NCBI GenBank assembly: GCA_032161105.1
Contig: JAVHTD010000006.1
DNA from: Candidatus Thermosaccharophagus tengchongensis
Lineage (GTDB): Bacteria; Armatimonadota; Fervidibacteria; Fervidibacterales; Thermosaccharophagaceae
DNA length: 64,000 nt
Direction: 5' to 3' (one strand)
Notes under the pieces: generated by a model
What the model was told of the DNA's origin: nothing
The model's input: the letters and a program-made list of their open reading frames with translations, nothing else
The model's database searches: none
In this document: positions 10,655 to 20,733 of the stretch, piece by piece
How the letters are laid out: every line of letters begins with the position of its first letter
Position numbering within the stretch: position 1 is the first letter of the stretch
Translations under genes and position numbers: made by a program

Positions 10655-10957
10655 ATGAACCAGAGGGAGCGCCAAAGGCAAGGTCACACAGAAGTGTTGC
10701 GTGTCTCATCAAAGTCAAAGCCAAACACAGTTGCGGGTGCCGTCGCCGGCGTCATCCGTGAGAAGGGACGAGTTGAGATACAAACGATAGGTGCGGGCGC
10801 GCTCAATCAAGCCATAAAGGCAATAGCGATAGCAAGGGGCTTCCTTGCACCCTCAGGGATTGACATTGTCTGCACACCGTCCTTTTGCGATGTCATCATA
10901 GACGGGCAAGAGAGGACTGCGATAAGGCTCGTCGTTGAGGCGCGTGATAGAGGTTAA
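10655..10957 (+). CDS. spoVS: SpoVS-family (Alba-fold) protein
   Basis: EVLRVSSKSKPNTVAGAVAG..IGAGALNQAIKAIAIARGF; ATG 10655. Confidence 0.95.
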   Translation: MNQRERQRQGHTEVLRVSSKSKPNTVAGAVAGVIREKGRVEIQTIGAGALNQAIKAIAIARGFLAPSGIDIVCTPSFCDVIIDGQERTAIRLVVEARDRG

Positions 10958-11053
10958 TGAGAAAAGCCTTCTCAGGGTTGATTTCGGCGATGGCTCTCGC
11001 ATATCGTCGGATAAGTCGCTTCAGGCATCCCCGTCTGCGATTCAATTTACGCT

Positions 11054-11950
11054 GTGGATGATGAAACGATGCGCCTCCTTCTAATCGTTAACCCTGTTGT
11101 AGCTCAAACTCACACGGCACAGGTAAAGCAGGCTTTGGAGCTGCTCAGCAGCTCGTGCACAGGCATAGAAACGGTATGGACTACAAAGGAGGTGGAGGTT
11201 CAAAAAGCCATTTCGGTTGTAGAGCAGTTTGACCGCGTGGTGGTTGTCGGCGGCGATGGGACGATAAATGAGGTCGCAAACATGCTTGTAGGTTGCACCA
11301 CACCGATCGCCGTTATACCCCTTGGGACTGGAAACACCTTCGCCACGAACTTCGGCATACCAACGGATGTCAAGAAAGCGTGCCAAATAGCACTTTGCGG
11401 GAAAATCACAAGCATTGACATTGGACGGCTAAACAACCGCTACTTTGTGTGTGTTGCCGGCGTCGGATTTGATGCGCATGTCATTCATCAGCTTCAACCA
11501 TCACTCAAGCGCACGCTTGGCAAGTGGGCATACGCAATTGCCTCAATCTGCCACCTCATGCGATATAGGCGGTCAGAAGTGCATGTGAGGATGGGCGATG
11601 ATGAATTTAAAGGCGACGCATGGCTGACTGTGGCAAGCAATGTCCCAATATATGCCCTCAACTTCAAGTTCACGCCGCAAGCCAAACCAAATGATGGCAA
11701 CCTTGACCTGTGCGTATTTCTTGAGCGCTCAAAATTTGAAAGGCTGATGCAAGCTGCGCTGTCGCTTTTCGGATACCACATCCGATTGGGCAGCGTCATA
11801 TACCGGAAGGTGGAGCGAATTGAAGTGGATAGCCAACCGCCGGTGTGGGCGCATGTTGATGGCGATCCCGTGTGCATGACACCCATCACAATCGGCATAC
11901 TACCGAGGGCATTAAATGTGGTTGTGCCACAGAGCCTCAGGCTGCGGTAA
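11054..11950 (+). CDS. Diacylglycerol/lipid kinase family protein (YegS/DagK)
   Basis: IVNP, GGDGTINEV, PLGTGN, GVGFDA, DGD motifs; start may be 11069. Confidence 0.9.
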   Translation: MDDETMRLLLIVNPVVAQTHTAQVKQALELLSSSCTGIETVWTTKEVEVQKAISVVEQFDRVVVVGGDGTINEVANMLVGCTTPIAVIPLGTGNTFATNFGIPTDVKKACQIALCGKITSIDIGRLNNRYFVCVAGVGFDAHVIHQLQPSLKRTLGKWAYAIASICHLMRYRRSEVHVRMGDDEFKGDAWLTVASNVPIYALNFKFTPQAKPNDGNLDLCVFLERSKFERLMQAALSLFGYHIRLGSVIYRKVERIEVDSQPPVWAHVDGDPVCMTPITIGILPRALNVVVPQSLRLR

Positions 11951-12048
11951 ACTCTGCGTGGATGGAAAATTGGGAAACCCATGCTCGGAGCGGACAGAGG
12001 CGACATGAATGCGAATCAAAAAACTCACATCCAGTGGGGTGGTGCGAA

Positions 12049-13296
12049 ATGGAGCGAGTGCGTGTGGCGATTATAGGGGCTGGTGGCATATTTCGCGGCG
12101 CACACCTTCCGGCGTATTCGCAGATACCGGAGGCGAAGCTCGTTGCGCTGTGCGACATAAGTGAGGCGAGTTTGAACGAATCGCTCAGAGCCACAAAAAG
12201 GCTGTTTGAAAGGGAGGCGGAGAAGCTCAAGGAGGCGGGAAGAGATGAGCTGGCAGAGCAGCTGCTCAGGGATGTTGAGGAGCTAAAACTTTACCGTGAC
12301 TACAATCAGATGCTGAGCGAGGTCAAACCCGACCTTGTGGACATATGCACGATGCCGGATACGCATGCCGCAGCCGCAATTGCCGCATTGAAAGCTGGAG
12401 CACATGTGATGTGCGAGAAGCCGATGGCGAGGACATGGCTTGAGTGCATTGAAGTTGTTGAAGCGGTTGAAGAGAGCGGGCGATTTTATCAACACAACGA
12501 GAACTGGATTTATGACCCGCTATATCACACGCTGCGCAGGTTGGTCCAAAGCGGCGCCTTCGGTGAACTGCAGTTTATCTTCCTGAGCTGCTCCCATCAA
12601 GGTCCGGAAAACAGGGGCGCATTTTGGGACCCGATGGTCAACGGCGGCGGAACGCTGGTTGACATGGCTGTGCACGCATTCACCACAGCATGGTTTCTTG
12701 CCGGTTTCAACATGAAACCGATTTGGGTGAAGGCTGCTGAGCCATATGGCATACGCATCAAGATAAGGGAGCGAATTATTGCCAATGCACCGAGCGAAAT
12801 TGAGGTTGATGATGACGCCCACATACTTGTGCACTTTGAGGAGCCGAAGAGCGGCAGATGGACAAACGCGCATGTTGAAGGCTCGTGGAGCGGCAGGGAT
12901 GCAATTGACGGTCTCTTCATAGGCACACAGGCAATTGCCCGCCATAAGTTCGCTGATGGCAAACCGCAGATTGAGCTTACGGATTCGCTTGGCAACCAAC
13001 AAACCGTTGATGTGATAGGTCCAAACTGGACCCACTGGCCGTCAAGCTTCTACGGCGAGATAAGGACGATGATTGAGTGCGTGCTGCGCAACAGAAAGCC
13101 ACCCTGTGACCACACCATTGGAGCCGAGACACAAGCTGCCATGGGCGCTGCATACCTGTCACAGCTTGAGGGCATGAGGAAGGTGACACTTGAGGAATAC
13201 AAGGAGTGGGCTTTGAGCATCAAGAGGAAAGCCAAGAAGAATGCAAATGAGGTGCTCATCCGTGAGCAGCTGAAGGCGCTAAAGGGCGGGCGGTGA
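12049..13296 (+). CDS. Gfo/Idh/MocA family oxidoreductase
   Basis: VAIIGAGG Rossmann motif, CEKPMA, GGGTLVDMAVH; start set at ATG 12049. Confidence 0.9.
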   Translation: MERVRVAIIGAGGIFRGAHLPAYSQIPEAKLVALCDISEASLNESLRATKRLFEREAEKLKEAGRDELAEQLLRDVEELKLYRDYNQMLSEVKPDLVDICTMPDTHAAAAIAALKAGAHVMCEKPMARTWLECIEVVEAVEESGRFYQHNENWIYDPLYHTLRRLVQSGAFGELQFIFLSCSHQGPENRGAFWDPMVNGGGTLVDMAVHAFTTAWFLAGFNMKPIWVKAAEPYGIRIKIRERIIANAPSEIEVDDDAHILVHFEEPKSGRWTNAHVEGSWSGRDAIDGLFIGTQAIARHKFADGKPQIELTDSLGNQQTVDVIGPNWTHWPSSFYGEIRTMIECVLRNRKPPCDHTIGAETQAAMGAAYLSQLEGMRKVTLEEYKEWALSIKRKAKKNANEVLIREQLKALKGGR

Positions 13297-13303
13297 GCAC
13301 CGT

Positions 13304-14512
13304 ATGAGGGGTGGCTTGAAAGAGGCGGTCATACTTTGTGCCGGGCGCTCAACGAGAACATACCCGATGACCCTGCGCAAGCCAAAGCCAATGCTTAAGG
13401 TGGCTAACACGAGGATACTTGAGCACCTGCTTCGCCAACTCCAAGGGCTAATTGAGCGTGCCGTGATAGTCATCGGATTTGAGGGCGAGCAATTGGTCAG
13501 GGCTTTTGGCGAGCGCTTTGGCGATGTGAGAATCACCTATGTTGAGCAATCGGAGCAGCGCGGCACAGGCGATGCCCTCCTCACCGCAGAGAGCCACCTT
13601 GGTGAAAGTTTCCTCATGCTCAACGGCGATGACCTGCTTAAGCGTGAAGCAATTGAAATGCTCACTTATCATGAGCTGTGCGTGCTCGCTGCACCCCATC
13701 CACAGCCATGGCGATTTGGCGTGCTCATTACGGAGGGCGAATTCGTGAAAGCCATATGCGAGAAGCCAAAAGGCGCGCCGCCAAATAGCCTCGTAAGCAC
13801 CGGAGCATACGCCCTCACAAGAGCCGTCTTTGAGATGCTAAAGCGCATACAGCCAGCCGAGGGGAAGGAGCTCATGTTCACCGATGTCATACCGATGCTT
13901 TCAAGCTTGGGATTGCGATACGAGGTCACAGAAGACGGTTGGATGCCGGTCACATACCCGTGGGATATACTGCTGTGCACTGATTGGCTCATGAAGGGCT
14001 TAAATGTGCGCAGTATAAGTGGCTACATTGGGAGCGGCGCAAAGCTCATCGGTCCGATTGAGATGGGCGAAGGTTGCCATGTGGGCGATGATGTGATAAT
14101 TCACGGTCCGTGCAAGTTGGGCGACGATGTAAGAATTGGCGAGCGAACGGTCATTCGCTCCTGCGCCATCGGGGATGGCGTAAGCATCGGGCAGGATTGC
14201 GACCTTGATGGATGCGTCATTTATGATGGCGTTCGCATCGGCAACGGTGTCCGCCTGAGGAGGTCGGTGGTTGGCGATTTTGTGACAATCTGTGATGGTG
14301 TCTCAACAAGGACGGAGCCAAGGGATGGAAGGACGGTCATCTCTGTCGTCAAGGGTGAGAGCATTGACACGGGCTTGAGCGATGTCGGCGCCTTCATCGG
14401 CGACGGCGCCCTCATCGGTGAAGGATGCACATTGATGGCTGGCGTGAAAGTCTGGGCAGGCGCACGCATACCGCCGAGATGCACGGTTGAAGCCGATGTG
14501 ATTGAGGGATGA
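13304..14512 (+). CDS. Archaeal-type GlmU-like sugar-1-phosphate nucleotidyltransferase with a left-handed beta-helix
   Basis: AVILCAGRSTR..P.PKPML, GTGDAL, WMPVTYPWDIL, hexapeptide repeats, VKGESIDTG...GAFIGD. Confidence 0.85.
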   Translation: MRGGLKEAVILCAGRSTRTYPMTLRKPKPMLKVANTRILEHLLRQLQGLIERAVIVIGFEGEQLVRAFGERFGDVRITYVEQSEQRGTGDALLTAESHLGESFLMLNGDDLLKREAIEMLTYHELCVLAAPHPQPWRFGVLITEGEFVKAICEKPKGAPPNSLVSTGAYALTRAVFEMLKRIQPAEGKELMFTDVIPMLSSLGLRYEVTEDGWMPVTYPWDILLCTDWLMKGLNVRSISGYIGSGAKLIGPIEMGEGCHVGDDVIIHGPCKLGDDVRIGERTVIRSCAIGDGVSIGQDCDLDGCVIYDGVRIGNGVRLRRSVVGDFVTICDGVSTRTEPRDGRTVISVVKGESIDTGLSDVGAFIGDGALIGEGCTLMAGVKVWAGARIPPRCTVEADVIEG

Positions 14513-15300
14513 TTGACACGCACGCGCACCTAAACCATCCAGTGTTCCATGATGACTTTCGTGAAGTCATCAAGCGCTCAATTGATTGTGGTGTGAGAGC
14601 TGTCATCAATGTCGGCTACGATTTGCACTCAAGCGAGTTAGCCGTCAAACAGGCAGCTGAATTTGATGGCTTGCTATGGGCGAGTGTCGGCATCCACCCA
14701 CATTATGCAAGCTCGCTCACGAATGAGATGAGCAAGAGATTGCGCGAGCTCGCCATGCATGAGCTTGTGGTTGCAATTGGGGAGACCGGTTTGGACTTCT
14801 ACCGCAACCTATCCCCAAAGGATGTGCAGCTAAAAGCTTTTGAGGCACAAATTGAGATCGCATGCGAGCTTGAGAAGCCGCTGATAATGCACATGCGTGA
14901 TTCCGCCGAAGATGCGGTGCGCATCCTGAGCCAATGCGCGAAATGCCTCATCGGAGTTGTGGCACATTGCTTCAGCGGGGACGAACAACTTGCGATGAGG
15001 TTGATTGAGCTCGGCTGCCACATAGGTATCGCCGGAAACATCACATACAGAAGTGCCAATAGCCTCCGTGATGCCCTCCGATCAATGCCGATTGATAGGC
15101 TGTTGCTTGAAACTGACTCACCGTATCTTGCTCCGACTCCGCACAGGGGGAAAAGGAACGAGCCATCCAACTTGAAACACATTGCTGAGCACATTGCAAC
15201 CATGCACAGCATATCTCTGGATGAGCTGGTGATGGCGACAACTCAAAACGCCATCAGGGTTTTCAACCTGCCAATCAGTGCAGCAGCTTCTGCATGCTGA
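14509..15300 (+). CDS. tatD: TatD family DNase
   Basis: IDTHAH, GIHPH, IGETGLD, HCFSG, LETDSPYL; ATGA overlap with upstream gene. Confidence 0.95.
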   Translation: MIDTHAHLNHPVFHDDFREVIKRSIDCGVRAVINVGYDLHSSELAVKQAAEFDGLLWASVGIHPHYASSLTNEMSKRLRELAMHELVVAIGETGLDFYRNLSPKDVQLKAFEAQIEIACELEKPLIMHMRDSAEDAVRILSQCAKCLIGVVAHCFSGDEQLAMRLIELGCHIGIAGNITYRSANSLRDALRSMPIDRLLLETDSPYLAPTPHRGKRNEPSNLKHIAEHIATMHSISLDELVMATTQNAIRVFNLPISAAASAC

Positions 15301-15338
15301 GGGTTGGCTTGCTGATGGATGACATCTTCCGGCCGGGA

Positions 15339-16559
15339 TCAAACCACCGGCAAGTTTCGCCCTCTCCTTGGCGGTGTTAAGCCCGTGCTCTTGAGCATCT
15401 CAATAGTGGCTTCGGTCAGGTGAAAGCCTCTCTCCTGAAGGGCTTTCACCGGGTCTCTGAGCAGCTTCGCCCTGAAGATTGGGTCTTCTGCGGTGAGCAT
15501 GAAAACTTGCTCAAGTTGAATTTCGTCAAGCTGCTGTATAGCTGCTTTTGCTGACTCGGCAAAGATGCCATTTGGCTCCATCGCCAAGACATGCTGATAC
15601 TCTCGCATCGCATTCGCGTAAGCGCCCTTCTGATGGTAAAGCGTTGCAAGCCTGAACCTCGTGAATGTATCCGTTGGAGCAATGTGCACAAGCCGAGCGA
15701 GAATTTGTATCGCCTCATCCAAGTTGCCCAGTTGAAGGTGAGCAAATGCGAGTATGTCAAGCAGCAACGGCTCATCAGGAATGCGGCTCAAGGCTTTTCT
15801 GCAATACTCAATCACCTTCGCGTAGTTGCCCAGTTCCATATGCAGCTCGGCGAGCGCAATGGTTATGCTGTCGTCATCTGACTCAGCTGCGGCGCTTTCA
15901 AGCATGTCCACAGCTTTCTTCAACTCGCCAAGTTCGTGATACAACTCGGCAGCCCTGGCTTTCAATTGGACATCCGTTAAGCCCTTTGATAAAGCGCTGA
16001 TGATGGTGTTGAGAGCTTCATCCACATTCCCGATGCGCCTCAAACTCTCGGAAAGCAAAAGGTATGCCTCAACCAAGCCATCATTGCGCGCCAAAGCGCC
16101 TCTGCAGCATTCTGCCGCAAGGCTATACTCGCCCGCCTCAAAGGCAATCCTTGCGAGCCTCAACATAGCCCCAGAATCTTCCCCACAGCCTTTCATGGCG
16201 CGCTTCACATCCCTCAAAGCCTCCTTGTAGCGTTTCAGTGAGGCGAGCACCTGAGCTCGGAGCAAATTGCACAATGAGCTGCGCCGAAAGCTCGCGCAGG
16301 CAATATCGGTATATGTGAGTGCCTCATCATACCGATGCAATGCGCTGAGGGAGTGCACCAAGCCGATCAGAATGCTCAACCAGAGCCGCCTTTTGCGCCC
16401 GCGAAGACGCTGCGCTTGAGGAAGTTCCCTCATCGCCTCGTAGGCGTCACGGAGCTCAGCAAGTGCCATCTCATACTCGCCCTTTGACATGAGGCGAGCA
16501 GCATTGCTCACGCACTCCTCTACACGCTTTATCAGCTCGCTCCTTTTACGCCCATGCAT
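15339..16559 (-). CDS. Tetratricopeptide-repeat protein with a C-terminal NHLP/Os1348-like domain
   Basis: About 9-10 TPR-like repeats; C-terminus LEQVFMLTAEDPIFRAKLLRDPVKALQERGFHLTE; ATG 16559 after GGGGGTC. Confidence 0.8.
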   Translation of the reverse strand: MHGRKRSELIKRVEECVSNAARLMSKGEYEMALAELRDAYEAMRELPQAQRLRGRKRRLWLSILIGLVHSLSALHRYDEALTYTDIACASFRRSSLCNLLRAQVLASLKRYKEALRDVKRAMKGCGEDSGAMLRLARIAFEAGEYSLAAECCRGALARNDGLVEAYLLLSESLRRIGNVDEALNTIISALSKGLTDVQLKARAAELYHELGELKKAVDMLESAAAESDDDSITIALAELHMELGNYAKVIEYCRKALSRIPDEPLLLDILAFAHLQLGNLDEAIQILARLVHIAPTDTFTRFRLATLYHQKGAYANAMREYQHVLAMEPNGIFAESAKAAIQQLDEIQLEQVFMLTAEDPIFRAKLLRDPVKALQERGFHLTEATIEMLKSTGLTPPRRGRNLPVV

Positions 16560-16612
16560 AAGTTCTGACCCCCGCACGAAAGCCATCAGCTGCGGCGAAA
16601 AGCTCCATCGCC

Positions 16613-18448
16613 TTAAGCATCCTGAGCGGCTGCCTTCACAGGTTGCCATCCAGGGCGCATTTCCATAATGATTTGATCAATCTCATCGCCAGTGATGCTC
16701 TCCTTCTCCATCAGCCGCTCAACAATTCGCTCAAGTATGTCACGGTTAGCCTCAACCAACCTCTTCGCTCGCTCGTAGCAGTTGTTTATGATCGCTTTGA
16801 CCTCCTTGTCAATCTCGTTAGCCATTGCCTCGCTATAGTTCCTGTCCTCAACCAAATCCCTCCCGAGGAATATAGGTCCAGTCCTCCTGCCGAGCGTCAT
16901 CGGTCCGAGGCTTGACATACCAAATTCGCAAACCATCCTCCTCGCCATCTCAGTGGCATGCTCAAGGTCATTCTGAGCACCAGTTGTTACCTCCCCGAAC
17001 ATTATTTCCTCGGCAACCCTTCCAGCGAGCAAGCTGGTTATTTGATCCAGCAATTCACTCTTCGTCCACAGGTGCTTGTCCTCCCAAGGGAATTGGAGCG
17101 TGTATCCCAATGCGAGCCCGCGAGGTATAACGGTCACTTTCCGAACCTGTTGACCATGCGGCAATAGCTTTGAGACGAGTGCATGCCCAGCCTCATGATA
17201 TGCCAATGTTCGCTTTTCCTTCTCGCTCAATCTCCTGCTTCGTCTCTCAGGTCCTGCTGCTACCTTCTCAAGAGCCTCCTCAAACTCAGCCATGCTTATT
17301 TTGTCCTTGCCCTTCCTTGCGGCAAGTATGGCAGCCTCATTCACCATGTTCGCCAAATCTGCCCCGGAAAAGCCCGGGGTCAATTTGGCGAGCACCTCAA
17401 GGTCAACATCACTGTCAAGCGGCTTGCCGCGAACATGGACTTGAAGAATTTGCTTCCTCGCGTTCGCGTCCGGATAGTCAATGACGATGCGCCTGTCAAA
17501 TCTCCCCGGACGAAGCAAAGCCGGATCAAGAACATCGGGTCTGTTTGTGGCAGCCATAAGCACTATGCCGGTATTCGGGTCAAAGCCGTCCATCTCAACG
17601 AGCAGCTGGTTGAGTGTTTGCTCACGCTCATCATGCCCACCACCCAACCCGGCAAACCTGAGTCTCCCAACGGCGTCAAGCTCGTCAATGAAGATGATGC
17701 AGGGCTTCAACGCCTTAGCCTGTTCAAACAGGTCTCTCACCCTTGCAGCTCCAACGCCGACAAACATCTCAACGAATTCAGACCCGCTTGCGTGTATGAA
17801 CGGGACATCCGCCTCACCAGCGACTGCCCTTGCAAGGAGCGTCTTGCCGCACCCGGGCGGTCCAAGGAGCAATATCCCCTTCGGCATATTGGCGCCGAGC
17901 GCTTGAAACCTCTGTGGGTTCTTGAGAAACTCAATCACCTCACGCAGCTCTTCCTTTGCCTCATCACATCCGGCGACATCTTCAAATGTGACTCGCTGCT
18001 GCCCCTTTATGTATCGCCTTGCCCTGCTGCGCCCGAATGAGAGCGCTTGGCTGCTTGTATAGGTCATCTGACGGAACAGCAACCACACTATCCCGAACAT
18101 GAACAACATCATCACGATGAACATGAGCACATTCCCGGCGCTCTCCCAAGACGGGCGCGGCTTAAAGCGCACCCTCACATTGTGCCTCTCAAGGAATCTC
18201 AAAAGGTCACTTAGAGCTTGCTCCGGTGGGAGCTGCACCTTGAACCTGCGCCCAGACTTAAACATTCCAGCCGCTTGATCCCCTGAGATGGTAACTTCGG
18301 CAACATCGCCCGAGCCCACAGCAGCGCGGAAGTCGGAGTAAGATAGCTCAACTGCCTGAAAGCCGGGCAAGCGACCCATCTGCGCAAGGAAGCTCAATCC
18401 AAACGCTATGAGGATTAGCAGCAAAAGCAGCCTGAACATTCGTCCCAT
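16613..18448 (-). CDS. ftsH: ATP-dependent zinc metalloprotease FtsH
   Basis: Two TM helices, [16 protein letters not shown], second region of homology, HEAGH. Confidence 0.99.
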   Translation of the reverse strand: MGRMFRLLLLLILIAFGLSFLAQMGRLPGFQAVELSYSDFRAAVGSGDVAEVTISGDQAAGMFKSGRRFKVQLPPEQALSDLLRFLERHNVRVRFKPRPSWESAGNVLMFIVMMLFMFGIVWLLFRQMTYTSSQALSFGRSRARRYIKGQQRVTFEDVAGCDEAKEELREVIEFLKNPQRFQALGANMPKGILLLGPPGCGKTLLARAVAGEADVPFIHASGSEFVEMFVGVGAARVRDLFEQAKALKPCIIFIDELDAVGRLRFAGLGGGHDEREQTLNQLLVEMDGFDPNTGIVLMAATNRPDVLDPALLRPGRFDRRIVIDYPDANARKQILQVHVRGKPLDSDVDLEVLAKLTPGFSGADLANMVNEAAILAARKGKDKISMAEFEEALEKVAAGPERRSRRLSEKEKRTLAYHEAGHALVSKLLPHGQQVRKVTVIPRGLALGYTLQFPWEDKHLWTKSELLDQITSLLAGRVAEEIMFGEVTTGAQNDLEHATEMARRMVCEFGMSSLGPMTLGRRTGPIFLGRDLVEDRNYSEAMANEIDKEVKAIINNCYERAKRLVEANRDILERIVERLMEKESITGDEIDQIIMEMRPGWQPVKAAAQDA

Positions 18449-18573
18449 AATTGCTTTACCTCACATGCTTAAAAGCCATCCGCTTGCCCACCACAAAGTT
18501 GCGCCTCAAATTGTTCGCCACACCATTTGTCAATTGAACGCCCACGCTCCACAATCCAAGTATGCCACTTAAG

Positions 18574-19710
18574 TCATCGCATCACCCTATCCGCTTTTAG
18601 ATGCCCTTCACCGCCTGTCAGTTTGAACATCTTCACTAAGTCGCCCTCAATCAGCAGCGTGCATTTTGATGGCATCGTTAGCATGGCTCTGTCGCCGCGC
18701 CGCTTTATCAAATCCACAGCCTTATCAATGTGCTCCATCGTGAGGACAAAGTTTTCCCCCTGCAACTTCTGCCACATTGCCCTTATCATGCGCCTTTGTA
18801 TGGCAAGCGGCTGCGAGAGGAAGCGCCTGCGAGAAATGCAAACATGCGAATCGCCCGCATCAATAAGCGCATCACCCAATGCAGCTTGTGTCATTGATTC
18901 AAGCAGCTCATTATCGGCACGCAGCAGCTCAACCATGCGAAGAACAGCAACATCGGCATCCTGATATAGCCTCTCCCTCAACAGCGGCAATAGCTGTAGC
19001 CGAATAAAGTTGCGCCTTATCGTCGGATCAAAGTTTGTGACATCAACCCTCGTCGGGAGACGGTGGACTCTGCAATAGGCTTGCGTTTCAGAACGCCTGC
19101 AAAACATCATCGGGCGTATGAATAAGCCATCGCTGACGGGCGGAATGCCAAGCAGACCGTGCAAACCAGTCCCGCGAAAAATGTTGAGCAAGACCGTCTC
19201 AACGATATCATCGGCTGTATGCCCGAGAGCAACCTTATCAAAGCTGAGTTCGTCACACAACGACCGAAGGAACTCATACCTGACTGCCCTGCCAGCTTGT
19301 TCAATTGACATGCCCCTCTCCCTTGCCACCTCACGCACATCAGCGACATGTATGGTGCAAGGCAGCGAGAAGGATTTTGAGAGCTCGCTAACGAACTGCG
19401 CGTCAGCGTCCGACTCCTCCCCACGCAACTTGTGATTGACATGCGCAACATGCAGCCTATAGCCATGCGATTGTGAGAGCCTCAGCATCACATGCATCAT
19501 TGCGACAGAATCTGCGCCGCCGGAAACCGCAAGCACAACGCCATCGCCATCGTTTAACATGTTAAATCGCCTTATGGCGAGCAACGCCTTCGCAACCACC
19601 GCCATTGGAGCTGGAATGTAATCCCATTCATTCAACCCCTCAACAACGGCGTTGGGCATATCACGAACGCTCAAAGGCTCTTTCAACATTCCCTTCATGC
19701 AGCCGCTCAT
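18574..19710 (-). CDS. tilS: tRNA(Ile)-lysidine synthase
   Basis: SGGADS PP-loop, HVNH, RYEF, GHTADD..ET, RN.IR; upstream of ftsH. Exact start uncertain. Confidence 0.95.
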   Translation of the reverse strand: MSGCMKGMLKEPLSVRDMPNAVVEGLNEWDYIPAPMAVVAKALLAIRRFNMLNDGDGVVLAVSGGADSVAMMHVMLRLSQSHGYRLHVAHVNHKLRGEESDADAQFVSELSKSFSLPCTIHVADVREVARERGMSIEQAGRAVRYEFLRSLCDELSFDKVALGHTADDIVETVLLNIFRGTGLHGLLGIPPVSDGLFIRPMMFCRRSETQAYCRVHRLPTRVDVTNFDPTIRRNFIRLQLLPLLRERLYQDADVAVLRMVELLRADNELLESMTQAALGDALIDAGDSHVCISRRRFLSQPLAIQRRMIRAMWQKLQGENFVLTMEHIDKAVDLIKRRGDRAMLTMPSKCTLLIEGDLVKMFKLTGGEGHLKADRVMR

Positions 19711-19839
19711 ATGCCTTCACCTGCCATTGCCGATTCCGTCTCAAGACCAAGTGAAGCATTTATGGGAGCGGACATAAAGCCATCAGGGCACAGCTTAGCA
19801 CCGCCGGATTCGCAAGTGGCTTGATAGGTGTCCATGCAT

Positions 19840-20703
19840 TCAACGGCGCGATTGAGCTTGCGGGAATAACCTGCTATGGCGCTCCCTCAATTCAAGCACA
19901 TGCGCATAGGGCACAGTGATGCCACCGAGCTTGACCAATGCGCTCCCCTCATCGTGGAAGTCGCTCCCGCCAGTTATAACCAAACCAGCTTCCCTTGCCA
20001 TCCTGACGAGCCGCTCACTTTCCGCCTTTGAAATGCGCGGGTGAAATGCTTCAACCCCATCAACACCGCATTTTACGACTTCCCACACCAACTCCAAATT
20101 GCCAAAGTCACATGGATGAGCCACAACCGCCAGACCGTTTGCACGGTGAATTAGCTCCACAGCATCGGCGCAACTGACCCTCTCCCTCGGAACATAAGCT
20201 GGAGCACCTTCCCTCAAATACCGCCTAAAGGCGTCAATGTAATCTTCGGCGTAGCCCAATTGGGCGAGCGCCCTCGCAACATGCCGGCGACAAACTGTCT
20301 CACTGCGGGCTTGTGAGAGGACATCCTCAACCGTTATTCTGATGCCAAGCTGATTGAGCTTTGCCACTATCTTGAACAATCGTTTCATGCGCTGCCTGCG
20401 CATCTCAACCAGAGCCTCAGTCAAGTCATTTGAAGTGTGGTCAATCAAATAGCCAAGCACATGCACCTCAATGCCATCATACTCGGATGTGATTTCAACA
20501 CCGGGAATGACCTCCACATCATACCTGCCGCTGGATGAAAGCTCAAGCGCTTCTGGGATGCCATCAACTGAGTCATGGTCGGTTACGGCTATCGCCCTTA
20601 ACTTGCGCTCATGAGCCATCCGAAACAGCGCTTCAATGCTGTGTGAGCCATCGGAGTGAAATGAGTGAATGTGCAAATCCGCGCGCTCATCTTCGCCAAT
20701 CAT
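19840..20703 (-). CDS. PHP-domain phosphoesterase (TrpH/YciV-like)
   Basis: DLHIHS..SDG, TDHD, GVEI, HVLGY, AHP, GGSDFH. Confidence 0.9.
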   Translation of the reverse strand: MIGEDERADLHIHSFHSDGSHSIEALFRMAHERKLRAIAVTDHDSVDGIPEALELSSSGRYDVEVIPGVEITSEYDGIEVHVLGYLIDHTSNDLTEALVEMRRQRMKRLFKIVAKLNQLGIRITVEDVLSQARSETVCRRHVARALAQLGYAEDYIDAFRRYLREGAPAYVPRERVSCADAVELIHRANGLAVVAHPCDFGNLELVWEVVKCGVDGVEAFHPRISKAESERLVRMAREAGLVITGGSDFHDEGSALVKLGGITVPYAHVLELRERHSRLFPQAQSRR

Positions 20704-20733
20704 GTTCGTGCTCCCAGTCCTCAGATAAGTGGG

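Noticed and set aside
10655..10957. spoVS and the SpoIVB-like gene as evidence of sporulation
   Set aside because: Both families occur in non-sporulating bacteria and no sporulation-specific genes are in the window
17183..18040. 285-aa plus-strand ORF
   Set aside because: Antisense shadow of ftsH with no recognisable motifs
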